Counted from the first letter of the whole stretch, positions 37,841 to 49,789 are shown. The stretch: DNA of 63,959 bases, filler included, from Octopus bimaculoides (GCF_001194135.2; 7 parts of 7 records of this genome joined end to end with filler, not necessarily neighbours in it), one strand, 5' to 3'. Numbers and translations are program-made. Notes: a model not told the origin generated them from the letters alone.

Positions 37841-38186
37841 TATACACACACACACATACATACACGCAGCTGTCTAATTTTTCTGTTGTTTCTAGCAAGG
37901 AATGGAAAAGCAAGCTTGCTTGCTTTCTCTGTTCACTAGTCGCGACTGACAGCTTGTCTATATTAATACTCAGTTACAAATTCACACGCGCGCGCGCTCA
38001 TGCCCCTTCTCCCCACACACATACGTACACACAGACACATACACACACACAGATAAAAGAAACACATGCACATAGACCAACACATACTTATGAATATATA
38101 TACATTCATGTATGCAATTTCACTCGTATTTACATGCATAAATGATGCATTAGATTTTTCCTACTATATCTATAGGTATAACCACA

Positions 38187-38286
38187 NNNNNNNNNNNNNN
38201 NNNNNNNNNNNNNNNNNNNNNNNNNNNNNNTTAATTAATTAANNNNNNNNNNNNNNNNNNNNNNNNNNNNNNNNNNNNNNNNNNNN
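38187..38286. other. Artificial scaffold-join spacer
   Basis: N44-TTAATTAATTAA-N44. Confidence 0.95.
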
Positions 38287-38302
38287 ATATATATATATAT
38301 AC

Positions 38303-38463
38303 ACGACGGGCTCTTTCAGTTTCTGTGTACCAAATCGACTTACAAGGCTTTGGTCAGCCCGAGGCTATCGTAGAAGACACTTGCCCAAGGTGCCACAGAG
38401 AAGGACACAACCCGGAACCATGTGGATGAGAAACAGGCGTGTCACCACACACCCAATTCTGCG
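38303..38463 (-). mobile_element. SINE-B head
   Basis: gacgggctctttcagtttc..gtagaagacacttgcccaaggtgccac..cccggaaccatgtgg. Confidence 0.8.
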
Positions 38464-38908
38464 CTTTATGTTAATAAGTAAATATAATTGGCTTCCATGA
38501 ATTCATTTGCCCGGGGGCTTACAATGATGCTAAACGGCTCTGTATATGGTCAATTGTTACAAGAAGAAAATGAATTAGTTTAGTTATGTGCTACATAAAC
38601 AAACCCGGCCTCTAGCTAATATTAAGGGGACCTCCTGATAACTAAAGGATAGGCAAGAGATACAAAGGGAGAAGTTGGGCAACATCAAGACAATCACAGG
38701 GAGAAGAATGGAAGAAAATACACAGTTACATAATGGGATATATGGGGAAAGAGAGACAGCTATCTCTTGTTAATATATAAGATCTCTTTAAGCTGCGGAT
38801 GTTGATTGACTTACTAAATGTATAATTTATTCAGTCTTTTGCTACAGAAATCATTTTTGAATTATCAATCACTTTAATAGGAGGAGGTTGTCAAGAATTG
38901 ATCTCATA

Positions 38909-39131
38909 TTCTTTCCATTTTTTGGTACAAAGCAGATAATTTTGTGGGGCGAGGACAAGTCGATAATTACATCGACCCTAGCGTTTGACTACTACTTCAC
39001 TTTATCGACCCCGAAAGGATAAAAGGCAAAGTTGACGTCAGCCTGATTTGAGGTTCGAAAGTAAAGAGCTGGAAGAAATGTTCTTAAGAGTGTCATCCGA
39101 AACGTTAACGAATTTGCTAACTCACCGCCTT
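38909..39131 (-). mobile_element. SINE-A copy (nest member 1)
   Basis: tttatcgaccccgaaaggataaaaggcaaagttgac..ctaactcaccgcctt. Confidence 0.75.
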
Positions 39132-39643
39132 CGGAATTAGCATAATACTATATGTCTCTCACATGCACCTTAAAGTAAGCGTAGAAATTTCGTAACGTTC
39201 TCTGACGTAACACGGTAGCAACTGCGCTTCTCACATCCAACGAGAAACGATTTATATCCATAAAACTGTTTTTTACTTTATAGAAAACAAATCACAATTA
39301 CTTGAGATGGTCGACAGTTTTCACTCTCATAATCTTAACATTCCATCAGAATAAAGCTGTTTTTTCACTATACACGACTCAACAGAATTAGCATAATTTA
39401 TCGAACAGAATTACGCACAAACCAATCCAACGGTAAAGTCTCCAGTGAAGTTAAAGTGATATTTGTAAGGATAAACATAACGCGCATAAAATTAATAAAA
39501 AATAATTAGCTATCCCAAATTGGTGAAGAATAAATAGATTTCTAATTCAGTATTTCACTTTTAACAAACCTCGAACTTCAATCGAAAATGTCAAAGGAAT
39601 AGTAAATAATGCCATTATGACATGTACAGAGAGGTACAGAGAG

Positions 39644-39716
39644 GAACGTAGCGACGGGCGAAATACCGCTAAGCATTTCGTCCAGCGCGCTAACGACTCT
39701 GCCAGCTCACCGCCTT
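39644..39716 (-). mobile_element. SINE-A head (nest member 2)
   Basis: gaacgtagcgacgggcgaaataccgctaagc..gccagctcaccgcctt then (GAT)/(AAT)n. Confidence 0.8.
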
Positions 39717-39765
39717 GATGATGATGATGATGATGGTGGTGATAATAATAATGATAATAATAATG

Positions 39766-39799
<34 letters not shown>

Positions 39800-39837
39800 T
39801 AACAATAATACAAATGCAAAACAAAAGTCAAACATAA

Positions 39838-39876
<39 letters not shown>

Positions 39877-40087
39877 CTTTTCAACTCTTGGCAAAAGGCC
39901 CGAAATTTTGGGGGAGGGGGCAAGTCGATTAGATCGACCTAGTATGCAACTGGTACTTAATTTATCGACCCCAAAAAATTAAAGGCAAAGTCGACCTCGG
40001 CAGAATTTGAACTCAGAACGTAAGGACAGACGAAATATCGCTAACCATTTCGCCTGGCATGCTAACGATTCTGCCAGCTCGTCGCCT

Positions 40088-40088
<1 letters not shown>
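39877..40088 (-). mobile_element. SINE-A full copy (nest member 3)
   Basis: Complete; (AAT)n before and (GAT)n after. Confidence 0.9.
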
Positions 40089-40127
<39 letters not shown>

Positions 40128-40265
40128 AATAATAATAATAGTAATAATAATATTGTGAGCTCGGCTTTGGAGGACTGTATGCTTATTAATGAAACTTGTG
40201 GTTACCTAAGGTTAGAGGTAGTAACACGCAAACGACATAAATCCTACCAAGAATGATAATAATAG

Positions 40266-40481
40266 TCCTTTCTAATAAAGGCCCAAAGTTTTAAATGTTG
40301 GGGTAGGAATCTAGTCGATTACATCAACCCCAGTGTTTCACTGGTACTTAGTTTATCGACCCCCGAATGGATGAAAGGCAAAATCGACCTCATCGGCATT
40401 TGAACTCAGAGCGTAGTGGCAGGTGAAATACCACTAAGCATTTCACTCGGCGTGCTAACTATTCTGCCAGCTCGCCGCCTT
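40266..40481 (-). mobile_element. SINE-A full copy (nest member 4)
   Basis: Complete; AAT-type repeats on both sides. Confidence 0.9.
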
Positions 40482-40504
40482 GATAATAATAATAACAACT
40501 ATTA

Positions 40505-40715
40505 TTTCAAATTGTTGCCATAGGGGCAGCTTCGGGGAGGTGGGGATGAGTCGATTACATCGACCCCAGTGTTCACCTGGTACTTATTTTATCGATGTCG
40601 AAAGGATGAAAAGCAAAGTCAACCTCGGCGGAATTTGAACTCAGAACATAGCGACGGGAGAAATACCGCTAAGCACTTCGTCCAGCGCGCTATCGATTCT
40701 GCCAACACACGGTCC
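40505..40715 (-). mobile_element. SINE-A full copy (nest member 5)
   Basis: Complete; followed by (AAC)n. Confidence 0.85.
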
Positions 40716-40725
40716 TGATGATGGT

Positions 40726-40756
<31 letters not shown>

Positions 40757-40770
40757 GCAATAATAATAAA

Positions 40771-41063
40771 TGCTCTGATGCACCAGGCAGTGGCTGTCAT
40801 GGATTCTGGATTCTGATCATAACTGGTTAGTAGTGTTATCATGTTTATATTTTGTCTTGCTATAAAAGTTGGGCTGCAGCAAATATTCTGTTCAATATTG
40901 CAAATTTGCTTGTCAGTTGTTTGACCTTAAACATTTGAACATGCCTCTTAGTCGCTGATGATATGTGGATCTCTGTTCACGAGCGGGAGTAGTGGGGAAG
41001 CATCATAGCCATGTGTTGAGAGGAATTCTTTGGGGTTTGAATAATTAATTCCTGGAAACATGG
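40771..41063 (+). mobile_element. Element X, left part (non-coding interspersed repeat starting at an AAC/AAT tract)
   Basis: Its last 52 nt (41012-41063) match the reverse complement of 43382-43433 at about 85%. Confidence 0.6.
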
Positions 41064-42625
41064 GCGCTCCGTTCTGGTTTTAAATCACTTTTAGTCATTC
41101 ATAGCCATCTTTTTTCTCTGTCTGTCTTATCTTCAATATCCCTATGAAATTGTCCATGCATTCTTTTCTTTATCCACCTATTTTCTGTTTCATTCATTCT
41201 CAAGTCCTTGTAGAGTGCTTTATCTTTGCAATCTTCCATTCTACACAAGCCTGACCTTACTTTCTACAATAGCGGTTTTGTGGCAGTTTTTACATACCAT
41301 GGTATGTTGTTTTCTTCTGCTCTACTGCTGTGTTCGCATCCAATCAGTCCCGTTCCCCATCTTTTTCTTGGTACATACAGTCTGTCTGTGTCACTTTTTG
41401 GGTGGAGTTTCCCATATCTAGTCAGCAACTTTCTTGTCTTTCTGTCTAAGCTGTTTAGTTCGTCTACTGTCCATGCAACTATCCTTGCTTCATATCTAAG
41501 TAGTGAAACGGCCCAGGTGTTGATAGCTTCAATCTTATTCCGTCCGTTTAATTTCGACTTAAGGATCAGTCTCCGTGTGCGGAAGCACTCCTTAAATTTT
41601 TTTGTCATTTCTTTCTCCATCATTTTATCCATTTTTATTATCTCCAAATACCTGAAGCTCGTCTCTTCTATCTGCTTCATGATCTCCACCGACGGTGTCG
41701 CTAGCCCGTCCATACATCTGATTTTGCCTCTCTTCAAGACTATCACACTACTCCTTTTCAGTTCGAACTCCACTCTGATATCAGCACTGAAAGTATACAC
41801 CGTATCAACGAGGGAACTGACTTGGGATTCATCTTTACCATCTTTACCACATGAATAACATGTGGTTGACTTTTTGTTGGCGGCTTTTGAATATATACCC
41901 AGCCTTTGCTTTCCTCAGAATCAGTGTCAGTGGTATCATATACAGTACAAAGATCAGCGGGGACAGGCAGTCACCTTGGAAGATGCCTCTCCTGATTTCT
42001 ATTGACCTCAAACTTCTTCCATATGCTGTCAGGTCCGTCCTCCACTTCGCCACACTTTTTCCAAGCAATCGCTCAACTTTCGATGCAATACCAAATAGGT
42101 TCATACATTCCATAATCCAAGAATGTGGGATTATATCGTACGCCTTACGATAATCGATCCATGACATGGCTTAGTTAGTTTTCATCCTCTTGCAGTCTCT
42201 GAGTACAGTTTTGTCTATCAGGAGTTGATCCTCGATACATTCAGCACTTACGCTTGCAACCCTTCTGCTCATGTAGTAAGACTCCATTTTGTCCAGGTTC
42301 TGCGACTATTCCAGTGAATAATTTTCCCATAAGTTGCAAGCAGGATATCGGCCTGTAATTTTCAACCGTATTACCTTTTTCGATGTTCTTCAAGCAAAGC
42401 ACTATCCTACAGATTGTCAGCTACTCTGGTGTTACTTGATTAGCATTCAACAAAATGTTGCGTTGCGCAGCTATTCGTGCATGACATTCACCAAATCCTT
42501 TGATCAGTAACCTTGAACTTCATCTGGTTCCGGGGCCTTCCAGTTGCCCATGTTTTTGCTGATTTCCTTCACTTCTTTAACTGAAATGACTAGTTCTGCC
42601 TGTTTTGGACAGACTCCTGTTTGTT
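41061..42625 (-). mobile_element. R4/Dong-clade non-LTR retrotransposon fragment (RT and thumb), 5'- and 3'-truncated, disabled
   Basis: Motifs NWKAPEPD, ENYRPISCL, EQKGC, DQLLIDK, SWIDYRKAYDIIPHSWI, RGIFQGDCLSPLIF, LILKSKLNGRNKIEAINTWAVSLLRY, LHPKSDTDRLYVPRK, MHGQF, SDLKPE; stops and frameshifts. Confidence 0.92.
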
Positions 42626-42648
42626 TGTTGTTGTTGTTGTTGTTGTTG

Positions 42649-42682
<34 letters not shown>

Positions 42683-42683
42683 G

Positions 42684-42736
<53 letters not shown>

Positions 42737-42737
42737 G

Positions 42738-42789
<52 letters not shown>

Positions 42790-42796
42790 TTATTAT
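42626..42796. repeat. (TTG)n/(TTA)n microsatellite
   Basis: Direct reading. Confidence 0.95.
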
Positions 42797-43107
<311 letters not shown>

Positions 43108-43434
43108 CTGAGTAAGCTGGCAGAGCATGCCATCAAAGTGCCACTGGGCTAAGATATTCGTATATCTTACTCCAGTAAACCCATCGTGGCTACCCGTCTG
43201 GTAGGGGTACACGAGGCACATGCATCACAACCATGTGTGCACGACATGGTGATCTCATATCAAGGTAAACAACGCATGACCTTGCAAATGGGTCCCAGTT
43301 AGAATTTTCTTTAGGTTGAGTAGCCCATCCCACTTAAAAGGTCCCTGAATAAGATTTGTTTAAGGATGTTGAACGAAACAGCCATGTTTCCAAAGGTGAA
43401 TCATCCAAACACCAAAGAATTCCTCTCAACACAT
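43108..43434 (-). mobile_element. Element X, right part, ending in CTCAG(TAA)n
   Basis: Overlaps 41012-41063 in inverted orientation; terminates in the TAA tract. Confidence 0.6.
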
Positions 43435-43484
43435 TATCATCATCATCATCATCATCATCGCCGTCGTCGTCGTCGTCATCATCA

Positions 43485-43568
<84 letters not shown>

Positions 43569-43586
43569 TCATCATCATCATCATCA
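43435..43586. repeat. (CAT)n/(CGT)n tract with a pure (CGT)25 run
   Basis: Pure run at 43492-43566. Confidence 0.9.
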
Positions 43587-43589
43587 GAC

Positions 43590-43800
43590 TCGTTACCGCG
43601 CCAGGAGAAATGTTTAGCGCCGTTTCGTCCAACTTTACGTTCACAGTTCAAATTCCTCCGGGGTGAACTTTGCTTCTTTATAATTTCCGATTCGATAAAA
43701 AAAAACAGTACCAGCTTAATACTGAGGTCAATGCAATCAACTTAGCCCATCCCCACAAACTGCTGGCCTTGTGCCAACGTTTAAAAGCATTATTATTATT
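43590..43800 (+). mobile_element. SINE-A diverged copy with (ATT)n tail
   Basis: cagttcaaattcctccggggtgaactttgc..ggccttgtgccaacgtttaaaagcattattatt. Confidence 0.7.
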
Positions 43801-43911
43801 ATTGGCATCGTCAGGTTGCCGAGAACTTAGTCCTTGGATTCCCTTGTGCCACATCAATTCCAAGTAAGAACGTCTGTTTATTTTCATCTAATCATGCGAA
43901 TAAAAGATCTA

Positions 43912-44367
43912 GTAGTATTGGTATTGGTGTTGGTGTCAGCATTGTTGCTGCTGCTGCTGCTGTTGTTGTTGTTAGAGATGGTGGTGGTGGTGATGGTAGT
44001 GACGGTGGTGGTAATGTTAATGGTGTGGCTATTGATGGAGTTGTTGGTGCTAGACGTGGTGGTGATGGTGGTGTTGGTGTCCTTTATAGCTGTAGAAGTG
44101 GCGATGTTGATGGTGCGAGTTATGATGGTGATGATTTTTGCGTTGGTGGTTGTCGCAGTTGTAGTCGTGATTTTTCTTTTCTTTTTTTCTTTTTTGGTAA
44201 GGTCATGGTGGCAGAGGCGGCCACGATGTTGGCGGTAATCATAATAGCGGCTGCAATGTTGTCATAGTAGTGATAATGATGATGATGATGGTGGTGGCGA
44301 CCAAAAAACCACCACCACTACCATCATGACCACCACCAACACTACCACCGCCACCACCGCCACCACC
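43912..44367. repeat. Compound GGT/GTT/GAT/CAC trinucleotide low-complexity tract
   Basis: Direct reading. Confidence 0.8.
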
Positions 44368-44467
44368 NNNNNNNNNNNNNNNNNNNNNNNNNNNNNNNNN
44401 NNNNNNNNNNNTTAATTAATTAANNNNNNNNNNNNNNNNNNNNNNNNNNNNNNNNNNNNNNNNNNNN
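44368..44467. other. Artificial scaffold-join spacer
   Basis: N44-TTAATTAATTAA-N44. Confidence 0.95.
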
Positions 44468-44500
<33 letters not shown>

Positions 44501-44507
44501 CATATAT

Positions 44508-44667
44508 ACGAGGGGCTTCTTTCAGTTTCCGTCTACCAAATCCACTCACAAGGCTTTGGTCAGCCTGAGGCAATAGTAGAAAACACTCACCTAAGGTGCC
44601 ACGCAGTGGGACTGAACCCAGAAACATGTGGTTCGAAAGCAAGCTACTTACCACACAACCACTCCTA
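44508..44667 (-). mobile_element. SINE-B head
   Basis: gggcttctttcagtttccgtctaccaaatccactcacaagg..aagctacttaccacacaaccactcctacgtc. Confidence 0.85.
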
Positions 44668-45135
44668 CGTCTACGTTAATAAGTAAATTGACTGTTCATT
44701 GATAGTAAAGGAAAGTGGAGGAGCGATATTTATTCGGATGTGAGTCCAGATCGAGAGCGATCTGGACTCGGTCGATTGTTGCTGGATGTAACTCAACAAG
44801 TTAGTAATGTTTGGACACTAACTGAGTGCGTGTATTGTGGTTTTGTCCTGACAGTACCTCTATATATCACTTCCATTTCTGTAGAATGTATTTCAAACCG
44901 GTAGTACACTTTCGTAGCAATGTCATCTTAGGGATGTTATTCATATTAGATCCCAACTTGAAAGCCCCCTTGAACAAACTAGCCACATTGTAGAGACTTT
45001 GTGTATTCCCGAGAACGTCATCTTCTTTCCCCTCTGTCTCTCCTTTGTATGTAGCTAAAACTTCAACCCACCACGCCCAAATATTAAAGGAAAGTGAATA
45101 CTAGATTATAATCCAGTTACAAAGCACTCAAATAA

Positions 45136-45357
45136 TCCTTTCTACTATAGGCATGCTGCTTGGATTTTGTGGAGAGCGGGGGGGAGGGCAGCCAATCACA
45201 TTGACCCCAGTACTCAACTGATACTTAATTTAACGACCCTGAAAGGAAGAAAGGCAAAGTTGACCCCAGTGGAATTTGAACTCAGAACGTAGCGACGGGC
45301 GAAATACTGCTAAGTATTTCCCTCGGTGAGCTGACGATTCTGCCAGCTCACCGCCTT
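45136..45357 (-). mobile_element. SINE-A full copy
   Basis: aataatcctttctactatagg..ggaatttgaactcagaacgtagcgacgggcg..ccagctcaccgcctt. Confidence 0.85.
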
Positions 45358-46233
45358 ACAAAAGCACCAAAATAATAATAATAATAACCCGTTCTANNNN
45401 NNNNNNNNNNNNNNNNNNNNNNNNNNNNNNNNNNNNNNNNNNNNNNNNNNNNNNNNNNNNNNNNNNNNNNNNNNNNNNNNNNNNNNNNNNNNNNNNNNNN
45501 NNNNNNNNNNNNNNNNNNNNNNNNNNNNNNNNNNNNNNNNNNNNNNNNNNNNNNNNNNNNNNNNNNNNNNNNNNNNNNNNNNNNNNNNNNNNNNNNNNNN
45601 NNNNNNNNNNNNNNNNNNNNNNNNNNNNNNNNNNNNNNNNNNNNNNNNNNNNNNNNNNNNNNNNNNNNNNNNNNNNNNNNNNNNNNNNNNNNNNNNNNNN
45701 NNNNNNNNNNNNNNNNNNNNNNNNNNNNNNNNNNNNNNNNNNNNNNNNNNNNNNNNNNNNNNNNNNNNNNNNNNNNNNNNNNNNNNNNNNNNNNNNNNNN
45801 NNNNNNNNNNNNNNNNNNNNNNNNNNNNNNNNNNNNNNNNNNNNNNNNNNNNNNNNNNNNNNNNNNNNNNNNNNNNNNNNNNNNNNNNNNNNNNNNNNNN
45901 NNNNNNNNNNNNNNNNNNNNNNNNNNNNNNNNNNNNNNNNNNNNNNNNNNNNNNNNNNNNNNNNNNNNNNNNNNNNNNNNNNNNNNNNNNNNNNNNNNNN
46001 NNNNNNNNNNNNNNNNNNNNNNNNNNNNNNNNNNNNNNNNNNNNNNNNNNNNNNNNNNNNNNNNNNNNNNNNNNNNNNNNNNNNNNNNNNNNNNNNNNNN
46101 NNNNNNNNNNNNNNNNNNNNNNNNNNNNNNNNNNNNNNNNNNNNNNNNNNNNNNNNNNNNNNNNNNNNNNNNNNNNNNNNNNNNNNNNNNNNNNNNNNNN
46201 NNNNNNNNNNNNNNNNNNNNNNNNNNNNNNNNN

Positions 46234-46285
<52 letters not shown>

Positions 46286-46300
46286 TAATAATAATAACAA

Positions 46301-46499
46301 AAATACATAACAAAAATAGCAGGACTTACAAATATATATAACATACAGAAAATTGCACTACTGGGTACTGCACACATCCTACGCAAAACACTTTCAATAC
46401 AGTAAACATAAGAGCACCACAGCAAACCACAGCACATACCCAAGGCGCACAGAGCTGCGCTCGGTAGTGAAGTGAAAGCACGTTATAAAAATAAAACTA

Positions 46500-46503
<4 letters not shown>
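46301..46503 (+). mobile_element. R4/Dong-clade LINE extreme 3' end (ORF terminus and 3' UTR) within (AAT)n
   Basis: KYITKIAGLTNIYNIQKIALLGTAHILRKTLSIQ* (stop 46403-46405) fits the RLE-clade terminal motif QKxALLGTAxILRK; about 100-nt UTR then (AAT)n. Confidence 0.88.
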
Positions 46504-46558
<55 letters not shown>

Positions 46559-48146
46559 TTTTAAATTTTGGCCCAAGGCCAGCGATCCGCATCAACCTAA
46601 CCAGCATCAAAACTCACTAGAAAAAACTTCTTTATTATCTTTTACTTCTGTCTTCTTCTCTAATGAAATACTCAAAAAAGGCTTCACATTCATACGCAGA
46701 AACGATTTTTTTTTCTGGCATTTTAGAGAGAGTTCCAATCTGATATTCAATATAGGCGCTTTATTTCTCACCAAACACTAACTTGTTATATTTGTAACTA
46801 TTTGCCTCTATGAACTGTTATATCGCTACACATGTCTGTATTCTAATCATTGATTTAATAATACATGCTAGCTAGAACTGGGGGATACACGGAAAAATCA
46901 AATTTAGCGCAAAACAGAAAGCGATATTTTGTTGTAATTTTCTCTTTTGTCCTTAAGGACATCTGTCATAGTGACACATGAACCCGCTTTGAAACCTTTC
47001 ATTTATTTTCATTACTGCTTACTTGTAAAAGGAGAGAAATAAATAGGTAGAAATTCATCATGGACAAGGATAATCAATTGGTTCAGGGAAACGATATTAC
47101 AAGAAAAGTAGCTTTGGTAATCGGTCATCATTAAAGAGTGTTACATAGCAATATGTTACTTTTAGAAGCAAACACATAGCATAGACTGGTAAGTATAATC
47201 TGGTAAGAATTGAGATCAGCAACTGAAATATTCATCGTTCACTTACTCTTTAAACTCCGATGGAAATTGGAAGATAATTGCAAATGTTTTCCAGTGACAT
47301 TCAAGCCACAGAAGTATGGATATTTCACATAACTAAACGGATAAATTCTAGTAAAGTAGCTCGGCTTGGCAATGGTCGTTGAGACCTGACGTTGCAAATG
47401 TCAAACCAAACGAAGATCGATATTGTCCAAATTGGTTGGTTTTACCAGATGAATAGATTCAATCAACACAAACTAAAACATCAACAACAAAATACTTTAA
47501 CAATATTCAAGTGATGAAATTCTCATCTAATTTATGTAAAATATTTCAGAATTGTGTTGAGTTATTTTGCAAATATCATTAAAATACCAACAAGATACCA
47601 ACAAGATAAAATATCAGACAGAATTGGGACTTAATTTTAGATGAGCTGTTTCCAGAAAGTATACGAATCAGTTGTATTTATGAAAAATTTAATATGTTTG
47701 GTGTCCCAGGGTAACGTAACAAATTTCAACTATTACTGAAAAAATATTCTTCCTGTTTTAGCAACAAAACTCACAGAGACTAATCTTCGTGGAATTTGTC
47801 CATTACAGACAGTATTGTTTACGTAGTAATAGGTTAAGTTATAAAGGTTCTTAATCGTTATTGTTCTTTTTGTTAAGCATAACAGCCGAATCTCTATTAA
47901 TCGCTGTCTAACCTTTTAGAAAACAGATCGACTGTATTGAATAGTGTGATGTGAAAAAAACAAAACAAAAACAAACTAGAAGGCCTTTGCTAATATAACT
48001 GAACCACTGGATTCGAATTGGATAGAAACGACGTCGACGACGACAATAAGTAGTCAAGGTTAAGGGGATCCAAGAGGAAGACCATTCCATAATCATTATA
48101 TTCATCCGATAGAAAATGTATTTGTGTGTGAATGGGAACACGGCAT

Positions 48147-48610
48147 TTGTTGTTGTTGGCACTCCGTCGCTTACGTCGTCGAGGGTTCCCGTTGATCCGA
48201 TCAAGGGAACAGCCTGCTCGTGAAATTAACGTGCAAATGGCTGAGCACTCTACAGACACGTGTACCCTTAAGGTAGCTCTCGTGGATATTCAGCGTGACA
48301 CAGTGTGACAAGGCTGACCCTTTGAATTACAGGCACAACAGAAATAGGAAGTAAGAGTGAGAGAAAGTTGTGGTGAAAGAGTACTGCAGGGTTCGCCACC
48401 ATCCCCTGCCGGAGCCTCGTGGNNNNNNNNNNAGAAAGTTGTGGTGAAAGAGTACTGCAGGGTTCGCCACCATCCCCTGCCGGAGCCTCGTGGAGCTTTT
48501 TTTAGGTGTTTTCGCTCAATAAACACTCACAACGCTCAGTCTGGGAATCGAAACCGCGATCCTATGACCGCGAGTCCTCTATCCTAACCACTGGGCCATT
48601 GCGCCTCCAC
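48147..48610 (-). mobile_element. SINE-C full copy (includes a 61-nt artefact duplication around N10)
   Basis: Reverse complement of SINE-C; 48362-48422 is identical to 48433-48493. Confidence 0.9.
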
Positions 48611-48771
48611 CGGGAACATGGCATATAACTATTAGTTTATAACTCCATATGCTCTGTCACACTCCAATTCATAGACCTGGACAAATCATTGGTGGTAATA
48701 CACGTATATTCTTATAGTACAGACGCACAGCCTATAATAGTGAGAGAGTGTATATCTTTTGTCTATAATTT

Positions 48772-48936
48772 TTTTACTGGTTTCAGTCATTGGACGGCGG
48801 CAAATTGGACAAATATCTTCTACTATAGCTCCGGACCGACCAGTGCTTCATCAACGAATTTGGTTGACGGAAACTGTATAGGAGCCCGTCCAACATACAT
48901 ACATACATACATACGTGTGTGTGTGTGTGAGTGTGT

Positions 48937-48974
<38 letters not shown>

Positions 48975-49132
48975 ATACAGATTTGTTTATTTGTTTACGC
49001 CCTCGTAATCTAGCCGTTCGGTAAAATAGGTACCCAGTGTAAAAATAAGCACTCTGAGCGGTTTGTTCAAGTACAACCCTTCAAGGTGGTGCCCCAGCCT
49101 GGCCACTGGCCACTGAGTGAAGCAAGTCAAAG
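48772..49132. mobile_element. Rearranged SINE-B: short inverted tail piece joined to a diverged plus-strand body and tail
   Basis: ttttactggtttcagtcattggacggcgg (minus tail), then cttctactatagctccggaccgacc..ggtggtgccccagcctggcc (plus). Confidence 0.55.
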
Positions 49133-49348
49133 TTGTAAGACTGTGGTCGTCATCCTTATTGTAGTCGTTACTGTCATCATTGCTATCGTCGTCGAGTCTT
49201 TCTGACCATCATGTTTATACTAGTCGGGTGGACACTTCATAGGCAAGGTATGTTTTTGTGACATTGTATCGAGTCGTGATTGTACAGAATCTGTTTTGTT
49301 AGGTTATTGGTTAACTATTGTGTAGAAGATGTACTGTGTGCAGAACCC

Positions 49349-49736
49349 GTGGAGGCGCAATGGCCCAGTGCTTAGGGCAGCAGACTCGCAGTCATAGGAT
49401 CGCGGTTTCGATTCCCAGACCGGGCGTTGTGAGTGTTTATTGAGCGAAAACACCTAAAGCTCCATGAGGCTCAGGCAGGGGATGGTGGCGAACCCTGCTG
49501 TACTCGTCCACCACAACTTTCTCTCACTCTTACTTCCTGTTGTGCCTGTAATTCAAAGGGTCAGCCATGTCACACTGTGTTACGCTGAATATCCCCGAGA
49601 ACTACGTTAATACGTTAAGGGTACACGTGTCAGTGGAGTACTCGGCCACTTGCACGTTAATTTCACGAGCAGGCTGTTCCGTTGATCGGATCAACGGGAA
49701 CCCTCGACGTCGTAAGCGACGGAGTGCCAACAACAA
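49349..49736 (+). mobile_element. SINE-C full copy
   Basis: GTGGAGGCGCAATGGCCCAGTG..GGTTTCGATTCCC head through GACGGAGTGCCAACAACAA. Confidence 0.92.
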
Positions 49737-49789
49737 GCAGAACCCGTACTCTTTGAATCGTTCTTTGAAATAAGAATCTCTTTATGCGG

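Noticed and set aside
44855-45090. About 78 open codons on the minus strand (TYKGETEG...LQKWK*)
   Set aside because: Weak acceptor, no recognisable motif, and within chance expectation.
47641-47710. 70-nt ag/gt-bounded segment open in two frames
   Set aside because: No homology recognised and no linked exons; not distinguishable from chance.
49349-49430. tRNA-like sequences with A and B boxes (also in other SINE heads)
   Set aside because: They continue into SINE bodies and do not close a cloverleaf acceptor stem, so they are not tRNA genes.
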